Shown one piece after another: positions 52,587-64,000 of a stretch of 64,000 nucleotides of DNA (position 1 is its first letter; every line of letters begins with the position of its first letter). A model generated the notes under the pieces. It searched no databases, was not told where the DNA came from, and saw nothing but the letters and a program-made list of their open reading frames with translations. Where the stretch lies: contig NC_087437.1 of assembly GCF_036321535.1 (NCBI RefSeq), forward strand, positions 28,708,001-28,772,000, given 5' to 3'. Origin of the DNA: Camelus dromedarius. Its lineage: Eukaryota. The position numbers and the translations under genes are program-made.

Positions 52587-52604
52587 GATTGAATTGCTAT
52601 TCTT

Positions 52605-52722
52605 TTTTTCGTTTGTTTTTTGTTTTTTAAACTATATTGTTTAATTATTTTATTTTGGCAGGGGAAGGTAACAGGTGTATTTATTTTTGGAGGAGGTACT
52701 GGGTATTGAATCCAGGACCTCA
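52605..52722 (-). mobile_element. 5'-truncated tRNA-derived SINE (camelid Vic-1-like)
   Basis: Reverse complement of ...GAGGTCCTGGATTCAATACCCAGTACCTCC... plus an A-rich tail. TSD TGAATTGCTATTCTT at 52590-52604 and 52723-52737. Confidence 0.88.
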
Positions 52723-54094
52723 TGAATTGCTATTCTTAATAAACTTTCTGAGTATCTCTCCTACAATTTCTCCCTTCTCTATTTTTTCTTCTCCCCTTGT
52801 CCCTTTTTCCTCTCCCATAACTATCCCTTGTATGATATTGATGGGAGATTTGTATCTCGGAACAACTCACGGTGAGTACTTATCAAGTAACTTCCAGTGA
52901 AATCTGGCTAAAAGAGCACATGGAAATACATATATACATTCAGCTTTGGAAGTTAAGATAGGAGAGTCTAAAACAATTTAAGATTTATTAAATGCCTAAG
53001 TTCCAGCACACTGCTGACTGTGATTATGTCACAGTTCCAACCTTAAAGGAACCTTAAATCTGGTGAAAGACCAACAGGCAAGCACGACGCACTGCACTGC
53101 AGTGTTACTAGGCATGCAGGAGGGGCACCACTGTCTGGGAAAGGCCCCGCGTGCACAATGTCTAGCTGAGGTCTGAAAACTAACAAAGAACTACTTTTCT
53201 GGTTTGGAACAATTGATAAAGATTCCAAAGCAGAAGGAATTAGACATCAAATTCTAGAAAGTAACTTAAAATATAGCCAATACTTGTAATTTTTTCCTAA
53301 TTTCAAATTTCTGTAAGAATGAAATTTAATATTTTGAGCTAACATATAATGAAGTGCACAAATAATTAACAAGTCACCTCCAGAGGGTGATATCCTTCAG
53401 TTAACTAGTGGAAGCACCATATCATGTGATATTTTAAAATAAGCCCCACGTAGCTTTTCTACTATAAGATCTTAATTTTAGAGCATCTCTATGTAAATTT
53501 TGTAGATAGGTTTCTTTTTATCTTAGGAAAGAAGAATATAAGTGTAAGATTTTTAATGACATACCATTGGCTGGTAGAGCATATTATTCAGACAGATGGT
53601 TACAGGTCTGAAGTTACAAGTTAAGGAACATTAAATAGATTTACTTGAGCGTTATGTTTAAAGTAGAAAGTGTCATATGTGAAAATGACAATCCTCATAA
53701 ATTTTCAGTCTTCACTAAGTGGTAGTACTAATGATGATTGTGATGGAGGTGGAGGAGGGGAGTGGAGCGGATGGTGCCAGCAGTGAGGAATTTGTCATTG
53801 TCTCCAGAAATACACTGGACTTACAAGTTTGAAGTCATATCTAACTTCTTGCCCTCAAATGACATAACTAATTTTGTCACATAAAACTTACACATGAAAC
53901 TTCATCTGAGATGACTTTCTGATGATTTAAAAAATCAAATTTACTCTTTAAGACTGAATATTTGACATCTCCGAGGATACATACAAAAGAATGGCTTTGA
54001 AGGCAGTTCAAAAATAGTGCCAATGACAGCATCACTGGAATCAGTACTTAGCTTCATGTGATGATTATACTGAACAGAAAAACACTCAGTTGGA

Positions 54095-54618
54095 TGCCTT
54101 GATAAAAACTTCCAGTTATCCTTTATATCCATTCTTCCTTCTTATGCAGTAGTAGAGTCCCCAGTACTTAACTGGATCTATGATCACATGAAATAAAGAC
54201 TACATTTTCCTGCCTCTTTCAAGCAAGATGAGACCATGTCATTCAGTTTTGACCAATGGGATATAAGCAGAAGTATCACGTGGCTGCCTTGAATCTTCAT
54301 TTTCATAGATCCTTTGCCCATCATGCTTCCTTTGCCCTTTCTTCTTGTTCCTTTATCATTTCTACAGGCTGGAGTGCTATAAAATTGCTGGAGCTAAAGC
54401 AGCTGTTTTGGTCAGTGAGGTGGCCTTGGGATTGGGGGCCACATAAGCAGTAGGAAAACAATATAGAATCCATGTACTTAAAAAAATTACGGAATTGAGT
54501 CTTAAGTTAGACTGCTTTCTTCCAGGTTTTCATGCAAGAGAGATAAGAACATCCCTTCTGTAAGTCATTGTCATTTGGTGTCTCAGTTACTCAAAAGGCA
54601 CTTCATCCCGTGTGATAT
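54095..54618 (+). mobile_element. Old MaLR LTR (MLT1J/K-like)
   Basis: AAAGACTACATTTTCCTGCCTC...GACCAATGGGATATAAGCAGAAGT...GCTGGAGCTAAAGCAGC...TAAGTCATTGTCATTTGG. Confidence 0.7.
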
Positions 54619-57344
54619 ATGTGAATAAGTTCTAGTGTGTTTGTTCAAAGTATCATATTATTTTCTAGAGTCAATATAACAGTAAAAACAAATATATCTT
54701 GTAACTTAACAAACTTAGTTATGCTTTATAGTCACATTAGTGTTTTATCATTTAAATATTAATTTTCAAGAAAATTTCCAGGTTGGGGAAAATATTGGTG
54801 TACCCTGAGGCTGACCAGGGATGAAGAGAAGCTGCAATCCAGACACCCCTGCCTAGACTTTATGGGAGGGGATAGGTCTACCTGAGAATCTTGCATTGCT
54901 CAGCCCTAACTTATTTATCACAAATATTTATTTAGTGCCCTTTGTGCTATATGCACTACTTCAGGGGCTGATTATAATGTAATGATTCAACAAAGTCCCA
55001 ACTCTTGCGGAATTTATATTCTAGTGTGTAGATATAGATGATAAACAAGTAATCAAATAAATGCATCATATGTGAGAGACGATAAGTGTTATACAGAAAA
55101 CTAAGGCAGGATTAAGAGGTAGAGTAGAATTGAGTGTGTGTTGGGAGGGGTGACAATTCATAGATTTTTCCCTTAATCTGGAGTAAGGCAAACATTTAAT
55201 AATCATAGACTCAGACTCACTGCTTTTAATATATTCTAGCTCCTGTACCCTCCCAGGTGAGCACTTACTGACATGCCAATGACCTTCTCATTTTTGTCCC
55301 AAGAACAATCTAAAGAATCATAAACTTGGACCTTCCATAGCACTTGGATTCTAGGATGAGAAAGAATGAGATTCCACATTTTTTTTTTTTGCCTATTCAG
55401 ATTATTTTTCCAGTCAAGCATACATCTTGACAATAATATTTAATTTATAACAGACTAATCTATGTTCAAATTTTATTTTTCACATATGATCCAAGGGATG
55501 GTACTTTTCACTTCTCACAACTTTTTCTAGCCTAGGTAAATATATTTTAAAAATCACTTAATGCTGGGAGAGAAGTCCTGTGCAGGGAAAAAAAGCATGG
55601 AATTCAAGGTGGGGAGGGAACTGCATGTGTATACTGGCCATGCCTTACCACTCACTGCCGAACATCTCTGGGCAAGTCACGAAGCTCACTTCTTCATCTT
55701 TAGAGGGAATAAGACACACCAGCTCCTCCAGTTAAAGGAGATCCTTCCCATTGAGAATGAGAAAGAACTGTAAAACCCTGGACATTATCAGTTACCATTA
55801 TATTTACTGTTCTCTCAGAGACCAGGACATTTAAGAGCATTGAGATTCCCTGAAGCTCATGTGAAGACTGTGTGGGTTGAGAGCAGCAGGTCCTGGGAGG
55901 TAGAGTTTGAGTAAGCATGTATTTGTTTAAACTTGTTTCCTTAATTTACTGCAACATTACTCCCTGCCAGTAAAAGCATATTATCCCTGTTCAATCAGTA
56001 GCTGCAAATTAGAGGGAAATTTGCTGGGAATAAGCCAATCTCAGTATTTTATATTATTTATAAAAATATTTCTCAAACATTTTTGTTTTGTTTTGGTTTG
56101 GTTTTTTGTACATAGAAATGAAAGAAAGCCTCTAGAAACAAAATTAGAAAGTGATGTGAAGTCAGGAGAAAAACCGCAACATACATGACAAGTAAGGTTA
56201 ATAATCCTTACAATCAATAGGCAAGAGGGAAATCTTCTGACACAGGTAGGAAAGTATCTGAGTACATAGTTTCAATCAAAGCTTAACCTGCCATATGAGA
56301 AATTTTCATTCCTAATGGTTTTCAAAGAAAAAAAATTTAAAAGAGGCCATTTTTTTCTTTGACAAAGATTTTATAAAAATTAGAAAAAAAACCCTTATGT
56401 TTTTGAGAGAAGGGAGACATGGACCTTTTCAATCCTCTGCTGGTAGTTATATACACTGGTCCAGCTGGAAAGAATTTGGTAATATGAATAAAAAGCCATG
56501 AAAACATGCACAGAATCAAAAGGTCTTGAAAATGGAACTCTGTTGTTTTCATTCCTATTAATTTATCTCACTCAAAATTATAAAGATGCACACACACAAA
56601 GTTTTATGTACCTAGATATCCATCAGAGTATTATTTAGATAGAATAGGAAATTGTAGAAACAATCTAAATAATAACAGGGGACTGGTTAGCTCAATTAAG
56701 CAATGAGTCATAAGACCTCTTAACGGTCTTAAGTTGTTTAATGAATTTAAATATTGCTTAATGAAAAACATCTTTGAGTTAACATGCACAGCAAGTGCTC
56801 ACTAAATGTGTACATGGAGGAATGCATCCCCAAAATGATGGGAGGGTGAAGTGTTTTCCTTAGAGTCAAATTATAAATATTCCAAATTATCTGGGAGGAG
56901 TATGTGTTACTTTATAAATAAGCCCCTATAAACAGGACTTATTTCTTTTAGAAATTATTAAAAGGCTGGCATTTTAAACTTGGGTAGAAAATTCAACTCA
57001 AATAGGCAAGAATATTATGTTATTTTCTCTAATTGACTTCTCATTTCTCTTGAACCCTCACGCCCACTGAACAGCCAAGGTGAATTTATCATGGGTCAGG
57101 GGAGGTTAAACATCTTCAATTAAATGCAGATGAACTTCTGGTTTAAGAGGTAACTTCAAGTAAATATTATGTGAATTAAAAAATAAGACAACTTCTTCCC
57201 TCTTAAGTAGTCTCCTCTGCCCCCCATCCTTCCCCAAATGTTCCAGGGTGAGGAAGGATATATCTAGAAGGAGAGGTCTGCTGCAGGCTGGCCCAAGGAT
57301 GTGCTGTCTGGCTCCACTGGTTTCTGAGTATCAGATGCTTTTAA

Positions 57345-57892
57345 GTGTAAGTTTTATTATTTTCAGGTATGGTGAAGCCAATAGATCAGGAGATGATTGT
57401 CATTGAGAGGATACTGTGTTATTCAAGGGTCCCAAGAAGAGGAGACACTCCATTCTGAGCAGGGAGCACGTGGGGAAGCACCAGGCTCAGTCAAGTGGCA
57501 GAGGGAGCAAGGGAAAAGTGGGCAAGAGGCTTGACTGTGCTTTCTGTGGGAGGGAGGGAATGTCACTGGCAAGGAAGGGTAAGCAGGCTTAGGACTGCCT
57601 AGTTTGAGTAATTTCAGCAGGCTCTGGGTGTAGAAGGTGTCTCTAGTTTTCTGGTACCTGGCCCTGGGGTGATAAGGGCAGGGGAACAGTGGCCTGGATG
57701 GTAAGAGCTCCATAAAGGAGATGGTTGGGGTATTGGTTTTGGACTGGTTGGTTTGTATACGAAAGACGTACTTGCAGGCCAGTGGAGTCCTTTAGTACCT
57801 CCAGTCTCTCTGGGGTAAGCAAAGCCCCATACGTCTCTCTGGGGTAAGCAAAGCTCCATACGTCAAAACATTAGAAATGCATAGTTAATACA
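57345..57892. mobile_element. LTR element (MER21-like)
   Basis: TGTAAGTTTTATTATTTTCAGG...GAAGCCAATAGATCAGGAGATGATTGTCATTGA...GGTAAGCAGGCTTAGGACTGCCTAGTTTGAGTAATTTCAGCAGGCTCTG...TTAATACA. Confidence 0.7.
57804..57864. repeat. 29-bp tandem duplication within the LTR
   Basis: GTCTCTCTGGGGTAAGCAAAGC(C/T)CCATAC twice, with one mismatch. Confidence 0.95.
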
Positions 57893-59997
57893 GCCTCCCT
57901 TCCTGCACCCACCCCTAATATAACTTCTCCCTCTTGGTCTTCAAGCAGCTGACATCCACTATTAATGCCCCCGTAGACTCTACCCTTGATTCAGTCACAA
58001 GGTCCCACCTCTTGCCAGTTTCTTTTCTGGATTTGCCTCTTCAGGTCCCTGGTCCTCTTGCCATTTTTACTTCACCTTGCACAGTCATGTGGCATCTGCA
58101 GGAGCTTTCCCAAACCCCACACATCCATAGGAAACTGGGGCCCAAACTCAGGCCCTCTGCCTCAAACACTTACATTTTGTTACACGGCTGTATTTCAGGG
58201 AACATGGGAGGCAGGAATGTCCCAACGTCCCAAAGGCAAGATGGCACAAGCACCTCTGCTTTGGCGATCCCCCCAGCTGTATTTCAGGGGAACAGACATT
58301 TGAATCTGATAGCCTGTCTTTCTTCCTCTCCTCCTACTCTTCCTTTCTCTCCCACTCTATCTTTCCCAATTTATTTCCTCCTCCAGGAGATCTTTCCTCC
58401 TTCTTGTCTTAGGGGAACTCAACACGACAACCTCATTCCTCCCAACTCTATAGCTTATAAAAGCAACTCTGTGATAGCGTCACCTCAGCCTGACTGTTAT
58501 TATTGGAGCTGTGAGAAGATAAAGAACCAGGTTTCACTAGTGATAAAAACACAGTGGTTTAGTGCATCAACATATTATTCCTGCTATAATCTCCCTCTGG
58601 AAAAGGTACCATCCCCACAAAGGACATTCAGTTCTTGCGAGTACCTTCCCCTCCCAAAAGGGTATCTTCTCAAACTCTTTTACTCTCATTTCTTCAAGTT
58701 CATCTGGGTCAACTTCACGCTGTGCAAATCTTTACCTTTCTCCAGGATGCTGCTTCTTCTAGTTAGTCTTCACTCCATCCTAATGCCTCCTGACCAACTC
58801 CTTGACCATTAGAAAGCTTAGCCAAAACTGTAAGCAAAGCTTCTCCTAACATGGCACACAACTTGGATAAGTCTTCAAGAGAATTTACTGCCCATGACCC
58901 TTACTGAAATAGTTAATAAAGGATGTAGCTCAAGAACAAGAAATATGAATCCTGATGGAATGATTGAAATGTAAGCAACAATGAAAAGAACAAAAATTTT
59001 TAAATATGTTGGCAAAAATAATAGACGCAATGTTGTATAAATCAGTCACTGAATAGTTTGAATAAATTAGTCAATGAACTATTGGCTACTGTATGCAACA
59101 TTTTTACTAATTTGGCTTTTGAGGTTAAATTTCGTTAATGTGTATTTAACTTCACTGAAGTTCTACATTTTTGTATAGCAAATCTCTCTATTTTCTCCTT
59201 CATTGTTTTTTATTTTCACTTTGGTATCTTGATTAGTCTCTTTCATACTCCAAGGTTATAAAAACATTAATGTAATTTTAAAGTACTTACATTGTTTATT
59301 TACAAAAGTAAGAAGCACATAAACTTATGGATGTAGGAAATAAAAAGATACTGAAATGTTACAGTAGAAATCATAATTTTTAAAAATATGAGGATAAAAG
59401 AGAAGAGATGTTGTCATAAAGCCTTGAAGCTCCTGATGAAGACTTAACTTTACCCTGAGCATCGACTGCAAGGGTACCAATTATTTCTTCTAGTACCAAG
59501 AAGATGCTGTGTTTCCAGGGAAGGAACAATCCCAGTCTTATTGCTCTGGTATTTTTAATTAGAGATTGAGAGCATCAAATATGACAAGACACCATGTATT
59601 TTCTTTTTTCAGATATTTTAGATTGCATTTTACGTGCTGTGAAACAGTTTAAATGTGTAATGGAATTATTGGGTTGGAAAAAGTTCCAATTTGATGACAG
59701 TTGATTGAAGCAAAAGGTTAATTTTATTAGAGGCTCATGTAGCTGTACCAAAAAACCCAAAGCAAAATAAAACAAAAATTTCTGCCCTATCATCAGACAA
59801 CCTATAATATACTTTTCCCACTATGGGCTATAAACCCCTTTCATATATATATATATATATGTTTACATATGGCAACTAAAGTAAAGTGTAGAATATAGGA
59901 GGAAAATATTTTCCAGATTCTCGTGTGTCTCCTGATGTATTGTGTTTATACTGTGGGACGGAAGAAACATAGCTTTTGAGGCCAGATGGTCCTAGGT

Positions 59998-60117
59998 TAG
60001 GGCTGCCAGATTTGGCAAATAAAAATACAGGATGCCCAGTTATATCTGAATTTCAGATAAACAATAGATAATTTGTTTAGTGTTAAATCCTATGCAACAT
60101 TTTATCAGGCAACCCTA
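59998..60117. mobile_element. MER53-like non-autonomous hAT DNA transposon, internally deleted
   Basis: Terminal inverted repeats TAGGGCTGCCAGAT ... ATCAGGCAACCCTA. Degenerate 8-bp TSD TCCTAGGT/TCCTTGGA. Inserted in a MIR. Confidence 0.85.
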
Positions 60118-60311
60118 TCCTTGGATTCCAGCACCACCTTTCCTGCTGTGTGACTTGAGCAGTTAACGTAATCTCTCAGATTTCTGCCTCTACATTTGCT
60201 AACTAGAAAGAATAATAGGCATTTTTCAAGGTTTGTAAGTCTTGGCATATATACTGTATATAAAAGACCAAGAACAATATCTAAAATGTGACAGGTGCTT
60301 AAGAAATGTTA

Positions 60312-60490
60312 CTGTATAGCACAGGGAAATATATACAAGATCTTGTGGTAGCTCACAGCGAAAAAAGAATGTGACAATGAATATATGTATGTTCATGTAT
60401 AACTGGAAAATTGTGCTCTACACTGGAATTTGACACAACATTGGAAAATGAGTATTACTCAATAAAAAAAATTAAAAGAAAAAAAAAAAA
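60312..60490 (+). mobile_element. Young L1 3' end
   Basis: CTGTATAGCACAGGGAAATATATACAAG...GGAATTTGACACAACATTG...AATAAA-polyA. TSD AAGAAATGTTA at 60301-60311 and 60491-60501. It sits inside a MIR. Confidence 0.92.
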
Positions 60491-60884
60491 AAGAAATGTT
60501 AGATTCTTCCCCTTCTTCTGAGACTCTGTCCAGCCACACTGATATAGTTGCAGTTATAAATGTACAATTCTTTGTGTCAAGAAGAATGTAAATCAGTAAT
60601 GGATAAACTAATGCATTTGGATGATGCCAGCCAAGATTTTAAGCCACTCTTTAATTAGTTAATTAATTAGTTGATGCCTATGTTGCCCCTGTGATCTCAC
60701 AATAAGCATTAACCATCTTCTGGTCCTGAGAGCTCAGAGGGTATATGGGGGCTGGAGTAGAACATCTGGATGTTCAATTTTAAACATCCAAAATAGAATT
60801 TTTTATTCCCTATCTCCATCTAGATTTTCCCAATTTCAGTGAAAGCTACAATTATTTACCCAGTGTTCAAGCTAAAACCTAAGA

Positions 60885-61590
60885 CTCCAATCAAAATAGA
60901 GGTGACTTTTTTCTACAGAAATGCAAAGAATCTAAAAAGACAATTTTGGAAAAAAAATTGAACAAGAACCGAGTACATCTAGCATCCAAATCTTGGCTCC
61001 TAATACTTTCCCTTAATAAAAGAAACCAGGAGTCCTTGGATAAATGACTAGTTCTTCAACTGGGGAAGGGGATATACTGGAAGACCCCTTAGTGCCAAGA
61101 AGTAAGAACTGTTTAAAAAAAAAAAAAAATCCTTCCTCAATGGGTGCTTATCAAAGTGCTGTGGAAACCAACAGAAAGAGCTCCCAACAGCTAAAGCGGG
61201 AACAAATTGAGCAACAAAATGAAGTAGTAGTGGATTATAACCCAAACTATAAAATAAGTATTCATAAGCTCATACTAATATAAATAAATAAATAAACAAT
61301 AAAGGATAAGAGACAAATCTCGCTTGCAGAACAATTCCAAATAATTTAGATAGATACTCCATCCTCAAGGGGGTGGAGCATAACTCCCCCGACTCCTTTA
61401 CTGTGGACTGCTTATGGGACTTTGTTCCAAAAGGTACAGTATGGAAAGGAGGGGAAAGAGTAACTTCATGGTGGTAAGACAGACATTACCCAACCAGGTG
61501 ATGAAGGTCAGTATCAGTAGTGATTGTGCTGGGACCATGCACCCTGGATATGATGTGATGAAAATGCCACTTTACCTTTGTGGTCATCGC
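60885..61590 (+). mobile_element. L1MC-type 3' region fragment
   Basis: AAAAGAAACCAGGAGTCCTTGGATAAATGAC...GAAGTAGTAGTGGATTATAACCCAAA...GGGGTGGAGCATAACTCCCC. Confidence 0.8.
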
Positions 61591-62304
61591 TTACCCTCTT
61601 CAACTCAGCATCTTTAAATGGGCCAAACAATAATCACAATAGTCCTTATCTTACAGGATTTTTATGAGGATTAAGTGAGTAAATACATTCATGTGAAGTG
61701 ATTAGAGGCTTCCCAGCATATAGTAAGCTGCTCTCTTTAATCTGTTTATTTTCCTTCAGCATCTTCATTCAATAATGATGGTGATAAATCCGATCACTTT
61801 TAGTTCCAAAATATAAAACACCTTTCTCCATTTTTTTTACTCCCAGTGCAAACAGCCCTTTAATTTATCTCTTTACATTTACTCCTGTCTCCCTTTTCTG
61901 GTGAGCGGTTTCTGAAAATATGAATGAGTTCATATTACATTCTTGCTAAAATCCTCTGGTGATTTTCCTTGGCATCTCAAATAAAGCTCCAAGCATCTTA
62001 TCTTCATCAGTGAGGCCCTTCTCGAGAGCCTGACTATGTACCTCCCATCATGTCTCCCTTCCCTGCTAGGCTCCAGCTATACTGGACACTTTGACTTTTT
62101 TATTCTTGGAACTTAACTAGACTCCCTCGTTGTCTAGGGCTTCAGCACCAGCTGCTCCCTCTGCCTGGAATGCTCTTCAGCCCAACCTCTGAATGACTGA
62201 CACTTATTTTTCGGCTCTCAGCTTGAAATGCCATCTTTTCAAACAATATCTTCCTGACACAAGTTTAAAGGAGTTGCCCATGTGCAGTTTGCATCTACCA
62301 TATT

Positions 62305-64000
62305 ACGTTTTTTACTTATTCTTTATTCTGAAACAATCACAGAGGAATGGTAGAAGTACAGTATGAGGACATTTTTCCCTGAACCACTTGAGAGACGATG
62401 CCGACAGGATTCCCCAGTCACTCTCTATTATTTTAGTGGCTGTTTCCTATCAACATGGATATTCTCCTATGTCACTGCAAGACAACCAACAAATCAGAAA
62501 ACTAACATTAATACACTACTGCTATTCAATCATTTGGTTTTATTCACACTGTCCCAATAATATCTTTTATAACAGAAGAATCCAGTTCAAAATCATGCAT
62601 TGCATTTTTTTAACATTTTTTATTGATTTATAATCATTTTACAATGTTGTGTCAAATTCCAGTGTTCAGCACAATTTTTCAGTCATACATGGACATATAC
62701 ACACTCATTGTCACATTTTTTTCTCTGTTAGTTACCATAACGTTTTGTGTAAATTTCCCTGTGCTATACAGTATAATCTTGTTTATCTATTCTACAATTT
62801 TGAAATCCCAGTCTATCCCTTCCCACCCTCCGCCCCCCTGGCAACCACAAGTCTGTATTCTCTGTCTATGAGTCTATTTCTGTCCTGTATTTATGCTTTG
62901 TTTTTGTTTGTTTGTTTTTTAGATTCCACATATGAGCGATCTCATATGGTATTTTTCTTTCTCTTTCTGGAGAGGCTGTGGAGAAAGGGGAACCCTCCTA
63001 CACTGCTGGTGGGAATGCAGTTTGGTGCAGCCACTATTGAAAACAGTGTGGAGATTCCTCAAAAGACTAGGAATAGACTTACCGTATGACCCAGGAATCC
63101 CACTCCTGGGCCTGTATCCAGAAGGAACCCTACTTCAGGATGACACCTGCACCCCAATGTTCATAGCAGCACTATTTACAATAGCCAAAACATGGAAACA
63201 GCCTAAATGTCCATCAACAGGTGACTGGATAAAGAAGAGGTGGTATATTTATACAATGGAATACTACTCAGCCATAAAAACCGACAACATAACGCCATTT
63301 GCAGCAACATGGATGCTCCTGGAGAATGTCATTCTAAGCGAAGTAAGTCATGCATTGCATTTAGCTGTCCTTAGTCTCTTCAGTCTGGAAGAGTTCCACA
63401 CTTTTCCCTTGACTTTCATTACAGGTCAGATATTTTGTAGAATGTGTCTCAATTCGGATTTGCCTGATATTTCCTCATGCTTAGTTTCAGTTATGCATCA
63501 CTGGCAAGTCTATCACAGAAGTGACGCTCTGTCCCTCTCACTGTTTCCTCCCAGGTAGCACATGAGTGAGTTTGACTGCACCCAATGCAAGTAACATTCA
63601 CTGTGATCACTTGATTAGGGTGATGTCTGCCAGGCTTCTCTATAAAGTCATTCATTTCCTTTTGTAAGCATCTCGGGGGGAGGCACTGAAACGGTAAGTA
63701 TCATTTTCCCTGTCAAATTTCCAATTTTTTTCATGGTTCCCTGTTTTATTCAGTATGTTTAATCCACTGCTACATGATTGATTTTGATGCTCAAGCTGCC
63801 CCGGAGTTGGCTAGTGGGAGCCTCTCCCAGCTGACTTCTTTACCTAGTGACATTTTCCACTCATTGTGTCTGTGTTTTCCTGCTGTCTGGTATGCAGAAA
63901 TGTCTCAGGCTCATCTCGCTCATTCCCTGCCCCAGCCCTGGAATCAGCCATCTTTTCAAGGAGCCCTGTTTCCTTTTAGAGGAAAACAGTATTTAGAATT
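62305..64000 (-). mobile_element. Old L1M 3' region (host of the young inverted L1)
   Basis: CATTTTTCCCTGAACCACTTGAGAG..., GATCACTTGATTAGGGTGATGTCTGCCAGG and GCCCTGGAATCAGCCATCTTTTCAAGGAGCCCTG. Interrupted at 62593-63362. Confidence 0.75.
62608..63347 (-). mobile_element. Young L1, 5'-truncated with 5' inversion (twin priming), nested in an older L1M
   Basis: 3' UTR/polyA on the minus strand (62608-62970) is joined to a plus-oriented ORF2 C-terminus (62967-63347; [23 protein letters not shown]...[21 protein letters not shown]...LENVILSEVS). TSD TCATGCATTGCATTT at 62593-62607 and 63348-63362. Confidence 0.93.

Noticed and set aside
52409..52737. Three direct repeats with spacers as a CRISPR-like array
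   Set aside because: They are explained by two overlapping TSDs in eukaryotic DNA, and there are no cas genes.
62932..63558. 208-aa ORF as a gene
   Set aside because: It is an L1 ORF2 C-terminus from the inverted segment running into flanking repeat sequence.

Overview
Mammalian, very probably camelid (camel/alpaca/llama), AT-rich intronic or intergenic DNA. The taxon is inferred from several tRNA-derived SINEs resembling the camelid Vic-1 type and a recurring young L1 3' end. The window is dominated by interspersed repeats: old L1M ORF2 fragments, young L1 3' ends (two with twin-priming 5' inversions), L2, MIR, MaLR/ERVL/ERV1 LTRs, an ERVL gag-pro remnant and hAT-type DNA elements. I recognise no named protein-coding gene, and almost all ORF-track entries are repeat-derived or chance ORFs. 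The best-supported unusual structure is a full-length U6 snRNA/L1 chimeric retrocopy (52423-52586). It shares its target with a second, oppositely oriented SINE insertion, and that target is an inverted repeat of two L1-endonuclease sites. More speculative candidates are a phase-compatible minus-strand exon chain (46789->29168) with a U12-like GTATCCTTT donor, a decayed plus-strand 3' gene end (1012-5320), a 292-codon ORF and a perfect hairpin carrying two AP-1 sites. Repeat family names come from my recollection of consensus sequences, not from a database search. Repeat boundaries are approximate unless target-site duplications (TSDs) are quoted.
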